The notes under the pieces are model-generated. The model was not told the DNA's origin. It worked only from the letters and a program-made list of their open reading frames with translations, and made no database searches. Below, piece by piece: positions 40,029 through 50,228 of a stretch of DNA of 64,000 nucleotides. How positions within the stretch are numbered: position 1 is the first letter of the stretch; every line of letters begins with the position of its first letter. Made by a program: the position numbers and the translations under genes. This DNA is from an uncultured Desulfosarcina sp. GTDB taxonomy: Bacteria > Desulfobacterota > Desulfobacteria > Desulfobacterales > Desulfosarcinaceae. Where the stretch lies: assembly GCA_963674945.2 (NCBI GenBank), contig CAXXWQ010000002.1, positions 480,001 to 544,000 of the forward strand, read 5' to 3'.

Positions 40029-40546
40029 GAATCGGCTTTCTTTCTTTCCGCCATCTCTTTTTCCAGTCGTACCCGCAGCACCAACCCCTCCACTTTGCTC
40101 GGGGCCATGTGGCCATGGAGGGTGTCGCCCACCAGGGCGACGGGTGCAAGGGCACAACATCCAACGCAGGCGACCCGTTCGATGGAAAATTCCCTGTCTT
40201 TTGTGGTTTCCCCTTCGTGGATTTCGAGTTTCCGCTCGAAGTTTTCCAGGATAATCTCACCGCCGCGCACGTGGCATGCCGTTCCCAGGCAAACCTTCAC
40301 CGGGTTTTTTCCCGGTGGGTTGAATCGAAACTGATTGTAAAAGGAGGCCACGCCGAACACATCGCCGGGTGTTATCGAAAGGTGGTCGGCCACCAGATCC
40401 AGGGCTTCGGGGGGGAGATAGCCCAATGCCTCCTGGGCCATTTGAAGCAGCGGGATGAGTTGTCCACGGTCCTTGGACGCTTTTTCGATCCGCGTTTTCA
40501 AAAGATCCAGCTTTGCCTTCTCCTCAACGGTCAGCGAATGTGCCAT
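40025..40546 (-). CDS. NuoE/HydC-like [2Fe-2S] subunit
   Basis: LIPLLQ, GVASFY, VCLGTACHVRG, ACVGCCALAP. Confidence 0.92.
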   Translation of the reverse strand: MAHSLTVEEKAKLDLLKTRIEKASKDRGQLIPLLQMAQEALGYLPPEALDLVADHLSITPGDVFGVASFYNQFRFNPPGKNPVKVCLGTACHVRGGEIILENFERKLEIHEGETTKDREFSIERVACVGCCALAPVALVGDTLHGHMAPSKVEGLVLRVRLEKEMAERKKADS

Positions 40547-40607
40547 ACTTCATTCCAAGATGAGCCGTTAGCTTTTCATTGCGGTTCATTACACCCGTCA
40601 TCAATCG

Positions 40608-41075
40608 TCAGATTTTATCCATCGCCCCGTATGCCGCCTCAATCCGATCCCGTAGCAGGAAGCAGAGGCGTTTGAGCATGAAAAAGCCAAAGGAGGTGTC
40701 CGACTCCATACATTCTCTCACTTGCCGTCCGTTCAGGCGCACGAGGGTGGAATCTTTCTGGCAACTGGCAGAGGACATGAGCCGATGGGGCTCTCCCAGA
40801 AGTGTGGACCAGCATCCCAGCGTACGGCCTTTTCCCAGGGCATCGATGACAACGGATCCCTTGTGGCTGCCGATGTCCATGGTACGTTCCAAAAAGATAT
40901 AGCCATCGACGATGATGAACAGGTCGTCTCCCATGTCCCCCTGTCGGAAAATGTACGTGCCTGCTTCATAGCGATCGATGGTGCAGAAACCGACGATGGT
41001 GTCAAGGTGTGCCTCGGAGATGTCTTTCAGGAACTCACACGATTGCAAGGTTTTTTGTATATCTGGGTCTGCCAT
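40608..41075 (-). CDS. stand-alone cyclic nucleotide-binding domain protein
   Basis: IFRQGDMGDDLFIIVDG, GRTLG, HRLMSSA; no HTH; start MADPD after GGAG. Confidence 0.85.
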   Translation of the reverse strand: MADPDIQKTLQSCEFLKDISEAHLDTIVGFCTIDRYEAGTYIFRQGDMGDDLFIIVDGYIFLERTMDIGSHKGSVVIDALGKGRTLGCWSTLLGEPHRLMSSASCQKDSTLVRLNGRQVRECMESDTSFGFFMLKRLCFLLRDRIEAAYGAMDKI

Positions 41076-41143
41076 GACGTTCTCCGTTGGGTATAAGATC
41101 GTATATGTCAAACCACGACGAAATCCAAATCTCTGCGCGTTCA

Positions 41144-41569
41144 TCAACCCTTTGTCATCTGCTGATAGGCGACAATCAACCGTCCGCCCAGGGCACGGGA
41201 GAGGTGTTTGAAAAACAGGTAGCCGGTGGACATGTCCCGGTCCATTAGTTTGAGCAACCTGTCCCGCTCGAACTTGAGCACCACCACTGGTGTTCGACAG
41301 ACGGCGTTTCCTCCGTAGGTCTCACGGCCAATGAGACATCCCCAGCCAAAGGCTTCGCCCACCCGGTTTCCCATGTACACCTTCTTGCCTGTTTCATCCA
41401 TTGTGATTTCCACTTCCCCTTTGGCGAGAATGAACAGGTGCCGTGCCGCGTCATTTTTGGAAAACAGGATATCTCCTTTTGAAAAGGCTTCCCGCGAGGC
41501 GATACCCATGAGGCGGCCAACGGCATTTTGATTCAGCCCCCAGAACAGATCCGTCTGCTGGATGTACAT
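41144..41569 (-). CDS. stand-alone cyclic nucleotide-binding domain protein
   Basis: DLFWGL, GDILFSKND, LFILAKGEVEI, GEAFGW; no HTH; start MYIQQ after GAGG. Confidence 0.85.
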   Translation of the reverse strand: MYIQQTDLFWGLNQNAVGRLMGIASREAFSKGDILFSKNDAARHLFILAKGEVEITMDETGKKVYMGNRVGEAFGWGCLIGRETYGGNAVCRTPVVVLKFERDRLLKLMDRDMSTGYLFFKHLSRALGGRLIVAYQQMTKG

Positions 41570-41619
41570 GGCGACCTCGAGATAGTAAGATATGTCGATA
41601 CTTGGTGTGAATAACGATT

Positions 41620-41765
41620 GACGGCTTCGTAAAAAGCGTTTCCAGGCCAAATATGGCCAAACAATCGCATGCAAGAAACTCGTTCTGTTTTTTTTGCAGA
41701 TAGACGGAAACGAGGGAAACGCTTTTTACGAAGGCGTCCGAAATCCGATTCTTACGAGTTCATCA
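41620..41765. repeat. dispersed element, type B copy 2 plus extra half-TIR
   Basis: 24-bp TIR GACGGCTTCGTAAAAAGCGTTTCC / GGAAACGCTTTTTACGAAGGCGTC (41620-41738), then CTTACGAGTTCATCA. Confidence 0.88.
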
Positions 41766-41782
41766 CGATTGCAATATGAAAA

Positions 41783-41812
41783 AGTATAGTACGCCTTTCG
41801 AAGGTGTGTCAA
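41783..41812 (-). promoter_or_regulatory. sigma70-type promoter of the cNMP/NuoEFG-like operon
   Basis: Minus strand TTGACA-N18-TATACT. Confidence 0.65.
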
Positions 41813-41829
41813 TTCCAACGGTGAAATGC

Positions 41830-43540
41830 CAGTAATTCTGTGTGAACAGTCATTTGATCAGGTTCGTAGGTTTTTCAGGTTGTGACTTATCATTATTTAG
41901 GCGGTTTTGGGATAGCTTTCCAACAAATTGGTACTATCTCAGAGTTATAGCGGTAGTCCATTTACCAAAAGGCAACAGGTCGGCATTATCCGCCTAAGTT
42001 TGGGGATCAGTGGTGGGTAACCGTGGTGACAAATGGGCGAACAGATGGCTACGGTGCTCGGATTTCGGGTGGGTCGGCCACATTGCGCAAAAGATGTTCG
42101 AAGTCACGAAAGAGCATCAACCGGATACCAGTACGCAGGTTGTTCCAATACTCTTTTCGGGAACTGAATTTAGACCGGCAATACTGATAACCACGATCAC
42201 ACAGTTCCAGGATTTGATGGATGAAGAAAGCCAACAGGTTCAGAATAAAAAAGGTGTTCGACAAATAACGTTGGCCGTGACCGAAGTTGTGTTCGATATG
42301 GTAGCCTTGATTCTTCAAAGTGTTGAACGTTTCGTTTTCGATTTTCCAGCGCGCCCGACCGGCGCGTACCAATTCGACGACATTGGCCTTGCTCACCTTA
42401 CGGTCGGTGACCCAGCTGTTGTGGTAGGTGGCCTTTTGCCCCACGTGCAGCCAATACTCGAAAAAGTTCACCGGATCGGCATTGCGGCTACCGTTGAGAG
42501 GCACCTGGTTAACCCAACGATAAACGTGGCGGCGCCCTTTATCGTCGGTGAATTGTAGGTGACCGCATTGTCCGAGCCCATCGATTTCGTCAACCCACTG
42601 GAACAGCAACTTGTGATCGGTGGGTTTGGCCACCAGGATAAAGGACATGCGGGCATCTTTCAACACATCGATAAAGGGCTGTTTGGAGTATAGCCCATCG
42701 GCGGTAATGATCATCTTCAGTTTTGGGTGAGTACGGCGGATTTTGTCGACGATCCGTTTTCCCGCATTGATCTCGCAATCCTGCTTGGTGGTGCCGTCGG
42801 TATTGGCAACGGGCTCCGGGGCCAGGGGCAAAACCTGGCGCATGTACGGGTTGAGCATAACGGCCTGTAAGATCTGATGTGAGTAACGGGTCGATCCTTT
42901 TGCGCCTTTATGAGTCAGGCAACTGGGACAGTGAATCTTTTCGGAAGAAAAATACTGTGAGCCGTCCAATGCAATCAAATGGTGCCCGCTTTCCAACTTG
43001 TAGGCATCCAGGTACTTGCCCCGCTGCAAGCATTGTAGCAAAAAGGGAAATGCCGGATGAATCGCTTCGGTTGGAATATTATCCAACGTCTGGCGCAAAG
43101 CACTGTCGCTGGGGATGTCTTTAACCGCAAACATGGCTTTCAGATTACTGTCTTGCATGCGATCGTGCATGCGCCGCTGAAAAGAGAGAACGGAAGGGTC
43201 TTGAAAAAACATCATCGCCAGGGCACTCATCAAACAGTCATGCAGCGAATAGTCGACCTTGCCCTTTTGCCGGGGATCATCGATCTTTTCGAAAATCGCC
43301 GAAAGGGCTTTTCTCATCGTGCTGAAGCTCAGATGTTTTTTGATGTGCATGCCGTCCTCATAGCCATGTATAACCTACTGTTATCTATAGCAATAAAAAC
43401 GGCACGCGTCTAGATTTAATATCTCTAATTATAACAAGTTGTTACGTATTTTGCGGGGGTTTGGCTTCGCGAAATTTTATTTTCGATACGCTAGCAAACA
43501 CACAAAAACTGGGATGAACCCCGTTCAGCCAAAACTGCTG
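41830..43540 (-). mobile_element. complete insertion sequence, 1711 bp, DDE type (family unassigned)
   Basis: Imperfect TIRs CAGTAATTCTGTGTGAACAG vs CAGCAGTTTTGGCTGAACGG (14/20); 9-bp direct repeat GTGAAATGC at 41821-41829 and 43541-43549; one intact transposase. Confidence 0.9.
42049..43350 (-). CDS. DDE transposase
   Basis: DPRQKGKVDYSL N-terminus, IALDGS, ITADGLY, GRARWKIENETFNTLK (D-D-E). Confidence 0.92.
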   Translation of the reverse strand: MHIKKHLSFSTMRKALSAIFEKIDDPRQKGKVDYSLHDCLMSALAMMFFQDPSVLSFQRRMHDRMQDSNLKAMFAVKDIPSDSALRQTLDNIPTEAIHPAFPFLLQCLQRGKYLDAYKLESGHHLIALDGSQYFSSEKIHCPSCLTHKGAKGSTRYSHQILQAVMLNPYMRQVLPLAPEPVANTDGTTKQDCEINAGKRIVDKIRRTHPKLKMIITADGLYSKQPFIDVLKDARMSFILVAKPTDHKLLFQWVDEIDGLGQCGHLQFTDDKGRRHVYRWVNQVPLNGSRNADPVNFFEYWLHVGQKATYHNSWVTDRKVSKANVVELVRAGRARWKIENETFNTLKNQGYHIEHNFGHGQRYLSNTFFILNLLAFFIHQILELCDRGYQYCRSKFSSRKEYWNNLRTGIRLMLFRDFEHLLRNVADPPEIRAP

Positions 43541-43650
43541 GTGAAATGCAAATCAACAAAAACAAGTGAGTGTTTCCATCGTTGCCCTTGTATCCAGGTT
43601 TGCAGCACCCGGTTTGAAAACCACGAATCAAGACTGTATCGAATGGATTG

Positions 43651-44028
43651 TCACCGACAATAATACTCGGTCCCGCTTACCTTTGCAGTGATGCTTTGGC
43701 CACCGCCGTATTCAACGCTTACTTCGCATGGTGGTCTACCGAAACTGGAAGTGGTGAGGAGATATTGGCCATGATTGCAGCGGGGAGATCCGATGATTCT
43801 ATCGTCACTTTGCCTGACGGGCAGAATAAGCAGGATTTCTCCTTCGGCACCGCATCTGCCGCCGATGCGAAGCTGACCATTTAAAAATTCGCTTTGGTCG
43901 ATGGTCGTTGGGCGCCAGCCGGAATTGGTGTTATCGAAATCAAAGGATGACCACATATTGTCGTCGCTGCATCCGATAAAAAGAAACGTCAATCCAACAG
44001 CAAGAATTCTAATCCACATGATTCGCAT
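43651..44028 (-). CDS. putative lipoprotein
   Basis: RILAVGLTFLFIG-C lipobox-like signal; several further Cys. Confidence 0.65.
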   Translation of the reverse strand: MRIMWIRILAVGLTFLFIGCSDDNMWSSFDFDNTNSGWRPTTIDQSEFLNGQLRIGGRCGAEGEILLILPVRQSDDRIIGSPRCNHGQYLLTTSSFGRPPCEVSVEYGGGQSITAKVSGTEYYCR

Positions 44029-44399
44029 TCATACTCTTTCGCAAAATTCAAGAATCGTTTTCCGGTTCGCAAGAATATTTTTTTAGATGATCACACGCTA
44101 TTTTTTTCGGCCAAATTCCTCAAAACTGAAGGCAAAGAAAATGCCGGATGATGCCATTTCTTCCCATCCAGGCTTCTCCTGGTACCCCCCGTGAAAACCG
44201 GTACAAAACAATTTCGATTAATTTCCGGCATATAACCAAACAAGGGAAAAAAACCAGAAAGTGAGATCCGACGCTTTCATGGTATCGCCATTGGATCGAC
44301 GCAAATCATTTTCTTGTCTCAAGGCCGGAATTTTTGCCAAAATTTGTATGGTTTCGGACAATCATTGTGAAAAAGTGATCACATAGAGCGAATCGAATG

Positions 44400-46880
44400 T
44401 CAGTTGTGATCTCGCGGGCGGGCGTTTGGTTCGGCAAACCAGTTGAAGCGGATCGCGTCGCCATCGGACTTCATGATGATGGCGCCATGGAGGGCCGTAC
44501 ACAGGATGTTGGCGCCTTGTTTCCGGTAGCGTGTCATCACCGTTTGATGTGGAAAACCGAATCGGTTGCCGGCTCCGGCGCTGATGATCACCCATCTGGG
44601 CCGAACGGCGTCGACGAACTCCGGTGCGCTCGAGGTCTTGGATCCATGGTGGGGGGCAAACAGCACCGTGCTGGGAAGATCGTCTCTCCTGTCGTTCACC
44701 AGCCGTTCTTCCATGGACGAAGTGATGTCTCCGGTCAGCAAAAAAGCGGTCATTCCAAACGTGGCCTTCATCACAAGGGATCCGTCGTTGCACCGATGTT
44801 GTTCGTTATTTTGCCTGAAATCGAAGTATCCGGCAGGTGGACTGAGAACCGAAAGTGTGACCGGTCCCAGTTCCATGGGGGGGATGTCGTCGTTCAATTG
44901 CCTGACAAGGATCCCATTTTGCACACATGCCGCCATCAATGCGTCATATCCCATGGTGTCGCTGGCGTCTCCATTGGTCCATAGCTCCCGGACATGGAAG
45001 TTTTTTGCAATGAAGATCAGTCCGTTGAGATGATCGGCATTGGGGTGGGACAGGATCAGGGTGTCCACGGTTGCGATTTTTCTCCGCCACAACATCGGGG
45101 CCACCACCTGTCTGCCGATATCGAAAATGCGATTGTCGGAAAATCCCCCGCCGTCGTATAACAGCACCCGGCCGCCGGGAATCTCCAGGAGTGTGGCCCC
45201 TCCCTGACCCACATCGATGGCAGTGACCACGAGGTCACGGTGCCAGAATCGTCTATGGGACCAGTAAAGGCCGTCTGCCAGAACGAAGATCAGAACCGCC
45301 GCCAATGCCCACCTCGCGGTGCGGTTTCCTTTTATGTTGAGAAGCGACCATGCCGCTGCGTAGTATAATCCAATTTCCATGGGGGAGGGGATAATGGTTT
45401 TGATGGCGGCAAAGGGCCAGGTGGCAAAATGGTCAAGAAGAATCATTGCCCCTTTGAGGACCATAAGACCGAGTCGGAATCCCGCCACGGCCAGGAAATC
45501 CGAAACAATGGACAAAAAAGATGCCACCAGTCCAATGGGAACGGCCACGAATCCCACCAGGGGGACGAGAAATAGATTGGCGACGATGCCGACCATGGAG
45601 GTCTGGTGAAAGTGAAAAAGGATCAGGGGTGTCGTGCCGGCGATGGCCAGTGCCGAAACCAGCGTGAAATCGAACAGCCGTTTGCCCGCCTTTTCCACCT
45701 GTCCGGCGTTTTCCCGCCGGTTGATTCCGATTTTTCCCATGCCGTAGACGATGGTCAGCACGGCGGCGAAGGAGAGCTGAAAAGAGATGGTAAACAGGGA
45801 AGGCGGGAAGAGTGCGAGAATAATCAAGGCCGCCACGGACAAGGTGTTCATGAGGTCGTGGCCCTGTCCGAAGATCATGGCCGCCAGAAAGACCGCAACC
45901 ATGATTTCGGCGCGCTGGGTGGAGGGTGACATGCCGGCCAGCATACCATAGCCCAACACGGGCAGCAGGGTGGCGGCCGCGGCCCATTTTCGGACCCACC
46001 CCCGCCACAGAAGGGCGGGAATGAAAGCGAATAGAAAGTGAAAACAACCGAAGGCCAAGGTGGCCACGATTCCCACATGTAGACCGGAGATGGCCAGCAG
46101 ATGCCCCACGCCGGACCGATTGAATCGCTGGCGCAGAGAGGGATGGATGCCTGTCCGGTCTCCGTAGACCAGGGCCCTGAGCACGGCCTTCTCATCGGCG
46201 AAGCGGTCGCCTCCGGCCTCATCCACAAGGTGGCCGAGCCGATTTCGAAAACGGTTCATGGTACTGCCGATTCCGAAGGCGGTAAGCGGTATATCCCTTT
46301 TGAGTTTCTCCATCCGAACCCAGGCACTGCCGTGAATGCCCTTGAAGGCCATATATCGGCGATAGTCGAATCCACCTGGATTTTTAAAGTTGCGAAAAGA
46401 ACGAATTCTGGCCGGAAATCGAACGCGGTCCCCGGGGTGCAATATTACTTCCCCCATGATGGTGAGGCGGATTCGGCCTCGCACCGGTTTTACCTGATCC
46501 TTCCGGGAGAGGGCTTCGACGTCCAGAATCGTCCGTGTCCGGCCGTGTCGAAGGACCGGTTGCTCGATGACGATGCCTTCAATTCGCCAATATCCGGTGT
46601 CAATGAAACGTACGATATGATCGGGGCCATAGGAGGGTGTGCACCACGGCACCATGGCAAGGTATCCGGCTGCCAGGGTGGCAAGCAGCGGAGACCACTT
46701 CGCCGACCGTTCCCGCTTGACGCAGATGATCAGTTGAACCAGCGCCGCCGCGAAGATGACACCGGCAACCGGGCCGTGACCGGAAAATCGCTGGCCTAAA
46801 AGGATGCCGACAAGCAGGGCAAGGGTGATGGGAATTGCCGGCCTAAGGTAGGGGGGCTGTCTGTTTCTGCTCCTAATCAT
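44400..46880 (-). CDS. comEC: DNA uptake protein ComEC/Rec2
   Basis: [53 protein letters not shown]. Confidence 0.95.
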   Translation of the reverse strand: MIRSRNRQPPYLRPAIPITLALLVGILLGQRFSGHGPVAGVIFAAALVQLIICVKRERSAKWSPLLATLAAGYLAMVPWCTPSYGPDHIVRFIDTGYWRIEGIVIEQPVLRHGRTRTILDVEALSRKDQVKPVRGRIRLTIMGEVILHPGDRVRFPARIRSFRNFKNPGGFDYRRYMAFKGIHGSAWVRMEKLKRDIPLTAFGIGSTMNRFRNRLGHLVDEAGGDRFADEKAVLRALVYGDRTGIHPSLRQRFNRSGVGHLLAISGLHVGIVATLAFGCFHFLFAFIPALLWRGWVRKWAAAATLLPVLGYGMLAGMSPSTQRAEIMVAVFLAAMIFGQGHDLMNTLSVAALIILALFPPSLFTISFQLSFAAVLTIVYGMGKIGINRRENAGQVEKAGKRLFDFTLVSALAIAGTTPLILFHFHQTSMVGIVANLFLVPLVGFVAVPIGLVASFLSIVSDFLAVAGFRLGLMVLKGAMILLDHFATWPFAAIKTIIPSPMEIGLYYAAAWSLLNIKGNRTARWALAAVLIFVLADGLYWSHRRFWHRDLVVTAIDVGQGGATLLEIPGGRVLLYDGGGFSDNRIFDIGRQVVAPMLWRRKIATVDTLILSHPNADHLNGLIFIAKNFHVRELWTNGDASDTMGYDALMAACVQNGILVRQLNDDIPPMELGPVTLSVLSPPAGYFDFRQNNEQHRCNDGSLVMKATFGMTAFLLTGDITSSMEERLVNDRRDDLPSTVLFAPHHGSKTSSAPEFVDAVRPRWVIISAGAGNRFGFPHQTVMTRYRKQGANILCTALHGAIIMKSDGDAIRFNWFAEPNARPRDHN

Positions 46881-47293
46881 TGTCCAATGATTTTTACAAG
46901 AACCCGTTTTTTGCGACGACCGTCAAACTCACCGTAGAAAATCCGCTCCCAGGTGCCAAAATCGAGACGACCGTCCGTAATGGCGACGACTACCTCCCGA
47001 CCCATGATTTGGCGTTTCATATGGGCATCGGCATTATCTTCACCGACATTGTGCCGGTATTGGGAAACCGGCTCATGTGGCGCCAGCTTTTCCAACCAGA
47101 CATCATAGTCATGGTGCAAACCACTTTCGTCGTCATTAATGAAAACGCTGGCGGTAATGTGCATTGCGTTGACCAGCACCATCCCTTCTTTGACACCGCT
47201 ATCGTCGATGCACCGCTGAACGTCTCCGGTGATATTGATGAACGCCCTCCGGGTGGGAACTTCGAACCACAATTCCTTACGGTAGCTTTTCAT
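46877..47293 (-). CDS. yjbQ: YjbQ/UPF0047 family protein
   Basis: Start [41 protein letters not shown]. Confidence 0.9.
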   Translation of the reverse strand: MKSYRKELWFEVPTRRAFINITGDVQRCIDDSGVKEGMVLVNAMHITASVFINDDESGLHHDYDVWLEKLAPHEPVSQYRHNVGEDNADAHMKRQIMGREVVVAITDGRLDFGTWERIFYGEFDGRRKKRVLVKIIGQ

Positions 47294-47407
47294 ATTTTCT
47301 CTCCCTAAAAAAGATTGAAGTTTTGCATGCAACCCAATCGGTGAACTGCGAATTGCCGATAAATGCTCAACCGATAAGAGCTAACGGCCAAGCGCTTGCC
47401 TTGGGCA

Positions 47408-47836
47408 TTACACACCAATCAACGTAACTTCAATCGCACGCTTCCGTGGCCTGTTATCATGATTGATAACGACGACTTGCTGCCATGTACCCAACTTCAG
47501 TCGCGCCTTTCTGACGGGCAATGCGATGGATGGCCCCATCAGAGCGGCTTGGACATGGCTATGGCCATTGCCGTCATGCCAGGCCAATTCGTGGGCGTAG
47601 TCCATATTTGGTGAGGCCAGTCGATTGATGGCATCTTTCAGGTCTTGAACGACCCCCGGTTCATATTCGATTGTCGTTAAAGATCCGGTGCTTCCGGTGA
47701 TACTGGCGTTGACGGTTCCATTTTCGATTCCGGATCGGCCGATGATTCGGTCGAGATCGTCGGTGATATCCCGGATATCAATGCCGGTCGCCAAATCGAC
47801 ATGGATGGTTGCAAATTTCATTACAGTTGCGGCCAT
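47408..47836 (-). CDS. yjbQ: YjbQ/UPF0047 family protein (second paralog)
   Basis: GSTGSLTTIEYEPG, DGNGHSHV, LGTWQQVV; start MAATV after AAGGAAGG. Confidence 0.88.
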   Translation of the reverse strand: MAATVMKFATIHVDLATGIDIRDITDDLDRIIGRSGIENGTVNASITGSTGSLTTIEYEPGVVQDLKDAINRLASPNMDYAHELAWHDGNGHSHVQAALMGPSIALPVRKARLKLGTWQQVVVINHDNRPRKRAIEVTLIGV

Positions 47837-47865
47837 GAAACCTTCCTTCCTTACCGACAGAGAAA

Positions 47866-49833
47866 TTATTTTAGACCGATCTTCCAGTTCCAAAGCCCCT
47901 GCCGCTTCTTTATGGAAACATCCCCGGGAACCGGTTCCTCCAAATGTGCGAACATGCGAAATCCGGCGTCGGCAAGTATCTTTCGTTTCTGCGTGAGGTC
48001 CAGTCGCCAGTTGGGAAAGATCCAGTAATCCGGCCCGTGCCGGTCGGCCCATGCCGTCTCGCCACGGGGGCTGTCAAAGGGGATCCGGGTCTTCATGCCG
48101 TCGGCCAGTGTGCGGGAGATGCAAAGGGGCCAGTGTCCGGAGAGAACGATGCCCAGGGGAAGGGGACTCTGGTGGCAAAGGGAGAGGATGTCGGCCTCTC
48201 CCAGTTCCGGACTGACGAAAGCGCCTTCGAACCCCAGTTCTTTCAATACTTCCAGGCAAAGGGTGTTGGCATTGTTACAAAATGGGCCGGCCCACAGGTG
48301 AAGGCCTTCGGGGTGGTTGAAAAGCGCCATCTGCCACGGCGAGTTGAGCACGAACCGTCGGACACCGCCGGAAAGGCACCGGCTTAGAAGACCGGCCACA
48401 CGGTCCTCGTCTTCGGGCCAGAGGACCGGCGGCAGCCAGATCCAGAGTTTGGCCGCTGGGCGTCCCAGACTTGAAACCACGTCTTCGCTCAGCCAGAAGC
48501 CCATTGTGCCCCGGCCCGAGGCCTTGCTCATGGTTCGTTTTACCGGCATCTCGATGATTCGTCCGGCAGGCGCTATTGGGCGAGGCAGGATCGCGGAGAA
48601 CCGGGAGGGAGGGGCGGGCGTTTGCGGTGGCAGATGGGCCTCGATTTCGGTCATGGTCCGCTCCAGGTCCTTCTCCCGCCGATCCGTGAGAAAAATCGGT
48701 GTGCCGGGTCTCGGCGTCTTTCTTCCACCCAGATTCAAGGGGTAGCGGCCCTTTTTGGGAACATGGCGGGTCACCTGGCAGACGGTGTGCCCCGGTTCGT
48801 CCTCGTAGCCGATACGAAGCGTATCGCCGGGCAAGAGTGGATGTCGAACCACCACCCAGGGGCTCTTCGCCGGGCCCTGCACTTTCCCCATGAAAAGACC
48901 CGAAGCGGTCTGCCTTCCTGGATTGATGGGATTCTGGGGGCGCTGAGGTAAAAAATGATAGTGGGTGGTTTCCCTGCCCAGGCCCTGGGCCAGCAGCCCA
49001 ACCGCATTCCGCTTCACAGACCGATCATGCCCCTGGTCCCGCAGCATCCGATAGGCCGAAACGGTGTAATAGACATAGTGGGGACCTTTTTTCCGTCCCT
49101 CGATTTTCCACGCCGCCACCTTTTGTACCTGCCCGAGTATCTTCACCAGTACATCCACGGAGAGATCCTGGCAGGAGAAGGTTCGACCCGTCCGGCCTTC
49201 CTGTCGATAGTGTCGTCGGCAGGGTTGGACGCAGCGGCCCCTGAGCCCGCTCTTTCCTCCCATGTAGCTGCTCCAATAGCATCTGCCGGAGACCCCGTAA
49301 CAAAGGGCGCCGTGCACGAAGGTTTCCAGTTCCATGGATTTGGGACAAGCCTTGGCCATGGCCTTGACTTCGTCGATGGAAAGCTCCCGAGGCACAACCA
49401 CACGATGGATGTCCAGTTTCCGGTGGATGAAACCCAATGCCCGGGGAAAACTGACATTCGCCAGTGTAGAGAGGTGGATCTCGCCGGTATACCCTGCCTG
49501 TCGTGCCAGGGCGATCACCCCCAGATCCTGGACGATCAGGGCGTCGGGGCCGACATGGCGGACAAGGTGGTCCACCTGCCCGCCCGCCCGGTCCAGTTCG
49601 TCGGGTTTGAGCATGGCATTGACGGTGACATATACCTTTACATGCCGGTCATGTGCCAATTGGACCAGTTGGGACAGTTCCTCCACCGAAAAGTTTTTCG
49701 CCTCCATGCGTGCCGACATCGTCTTCAGGCCACAATAGATGGTGTCGGCACCGGCGGCCAGGGCCGCTATAAAGGCGGCGCGGTTTCCCGCCGGAGCCAG
49801 GATTTCGGGTTTGTGGGACAAAGAGGTGTTCAT
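47866..49833 (-). CDS. U32 family protein (long form, RlhA-like RNA hydroxylation factor)
   Basis: PEILAPAG, HLST, RELS, FVHGALCYGVSGRC...GRCVQPCR, KIEGRKK. Confidence 0.85.
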   Translation of the reverse strand: MNTSLSHKPEILAPAGNRAAFIAALAAGADTIYCGLKTMSARMEAKNFSVEELSQLVQLAHDRHVKVYVTVNAMLKPDELDRAGGQVDHLVRHVGPDALIVQDLGVIALARQAGYTGEIHLSTLANVSFPRALGFIHRKLDIHRVVVPRELSIDEVKAMAKACPKSMELETFVHGALCYGVSGRCYWSSYMGGKSGLRGRCVQPCRRHYRQEGRTGRTFSCQDLSVDVLVKILGQVQKVAAWKIEGRKKGPHYVYYTVSAYRMLRDQGHDRSVKRNAVGLLAQGLGRETTHYHFLPQRPQNPINPGRQTASGLFMGKVQGPAKSPWVVVRHPLLPGDTLRIGYEDEPGHTVCQVTRHVPKKGRYPLNLGGRKTPRPGTPIFLTDRREKDLERTMTEIEAHLPPQTPAPPSRFSAILPRPIAPAGRIIEMPVKRTMSKASGRGTMGFWLSEDVVSSLGRPAAKLWIWLPPVLWPEDEDRVAGLLSRCLSGGVRRFVLNSPWQMALFNHPEGLHLWAGPFCNNANTLCLEVLKELGFEGAFVSPELGEADILSLCHQSPLPLGIVLSGHWPLCISRTLADGMKTRIPFDSPRGETAWADRHGPDYWIFPNWRLDLTQKRKILADAGFRMFAHLEEPVPGDVSIKKRQGLWNWKIGLK

Positions 49834-49910
49834 GGCAGCCGGGGTATGTTTATTCGGTCATTAAAACCGGGGTGCGGTTAGATAGAAATGGTTCTACCGT
49901 ATGATAGTCA

Positions 49911-50046
49911 AAGAATCCAGGCGTCAGCATTCAGAATCCAGAATAAGGTATTCGCCTTCGGCTCGATCCATCTATATGAAGAAGAAATTCCAAATTACAA
50001 GCACCAAATAACAAAGGGTTCATAAACATCACCATTCTGACTCCTG
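49911..50046. repeat. dispersed stem-loop element, type E copy 2
   Basis: AAGAATCCAGGCGTCAG...TTCGCCTTCGGCTCGATCCATCT and closing CATTCTGACTCCTG, as at 14643-14776. Confidence 0.8.
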
Positions 50047-50228
50047 CAGTTTTCCATGATCGCAGCGCATCCCCATTGCAGGAGGGGCCATCGCCGGGCT
50101 TTCTGGATACGGACTTTTTATATCGCCGTCGCCCTTGCTGCTCGACAATCACCCATTTCAGGTTATATTAAACACGTTATCAAAGAATCAACATTATAAC
50201 GACAGATGGGGCATGAAAGGATAAAGAT

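Noticed and set aside
35719..41674. Shared peptide IVWPYLAWK at the N-termini of ORFs 35719 and 41674, and similar shared peptides in ORFs 35409/57034 and 32909/36808
   Set aside because: These are translations of the dispersed repeat elements; real starts with RBS lie downstream.
44366..44385. TTGTGA-N8-TCACAT as a Rex/CRP-type site
   Set aside because: Spacer is 8 nt rather than 6, and it sits just past the comEC stop, far from the next start.
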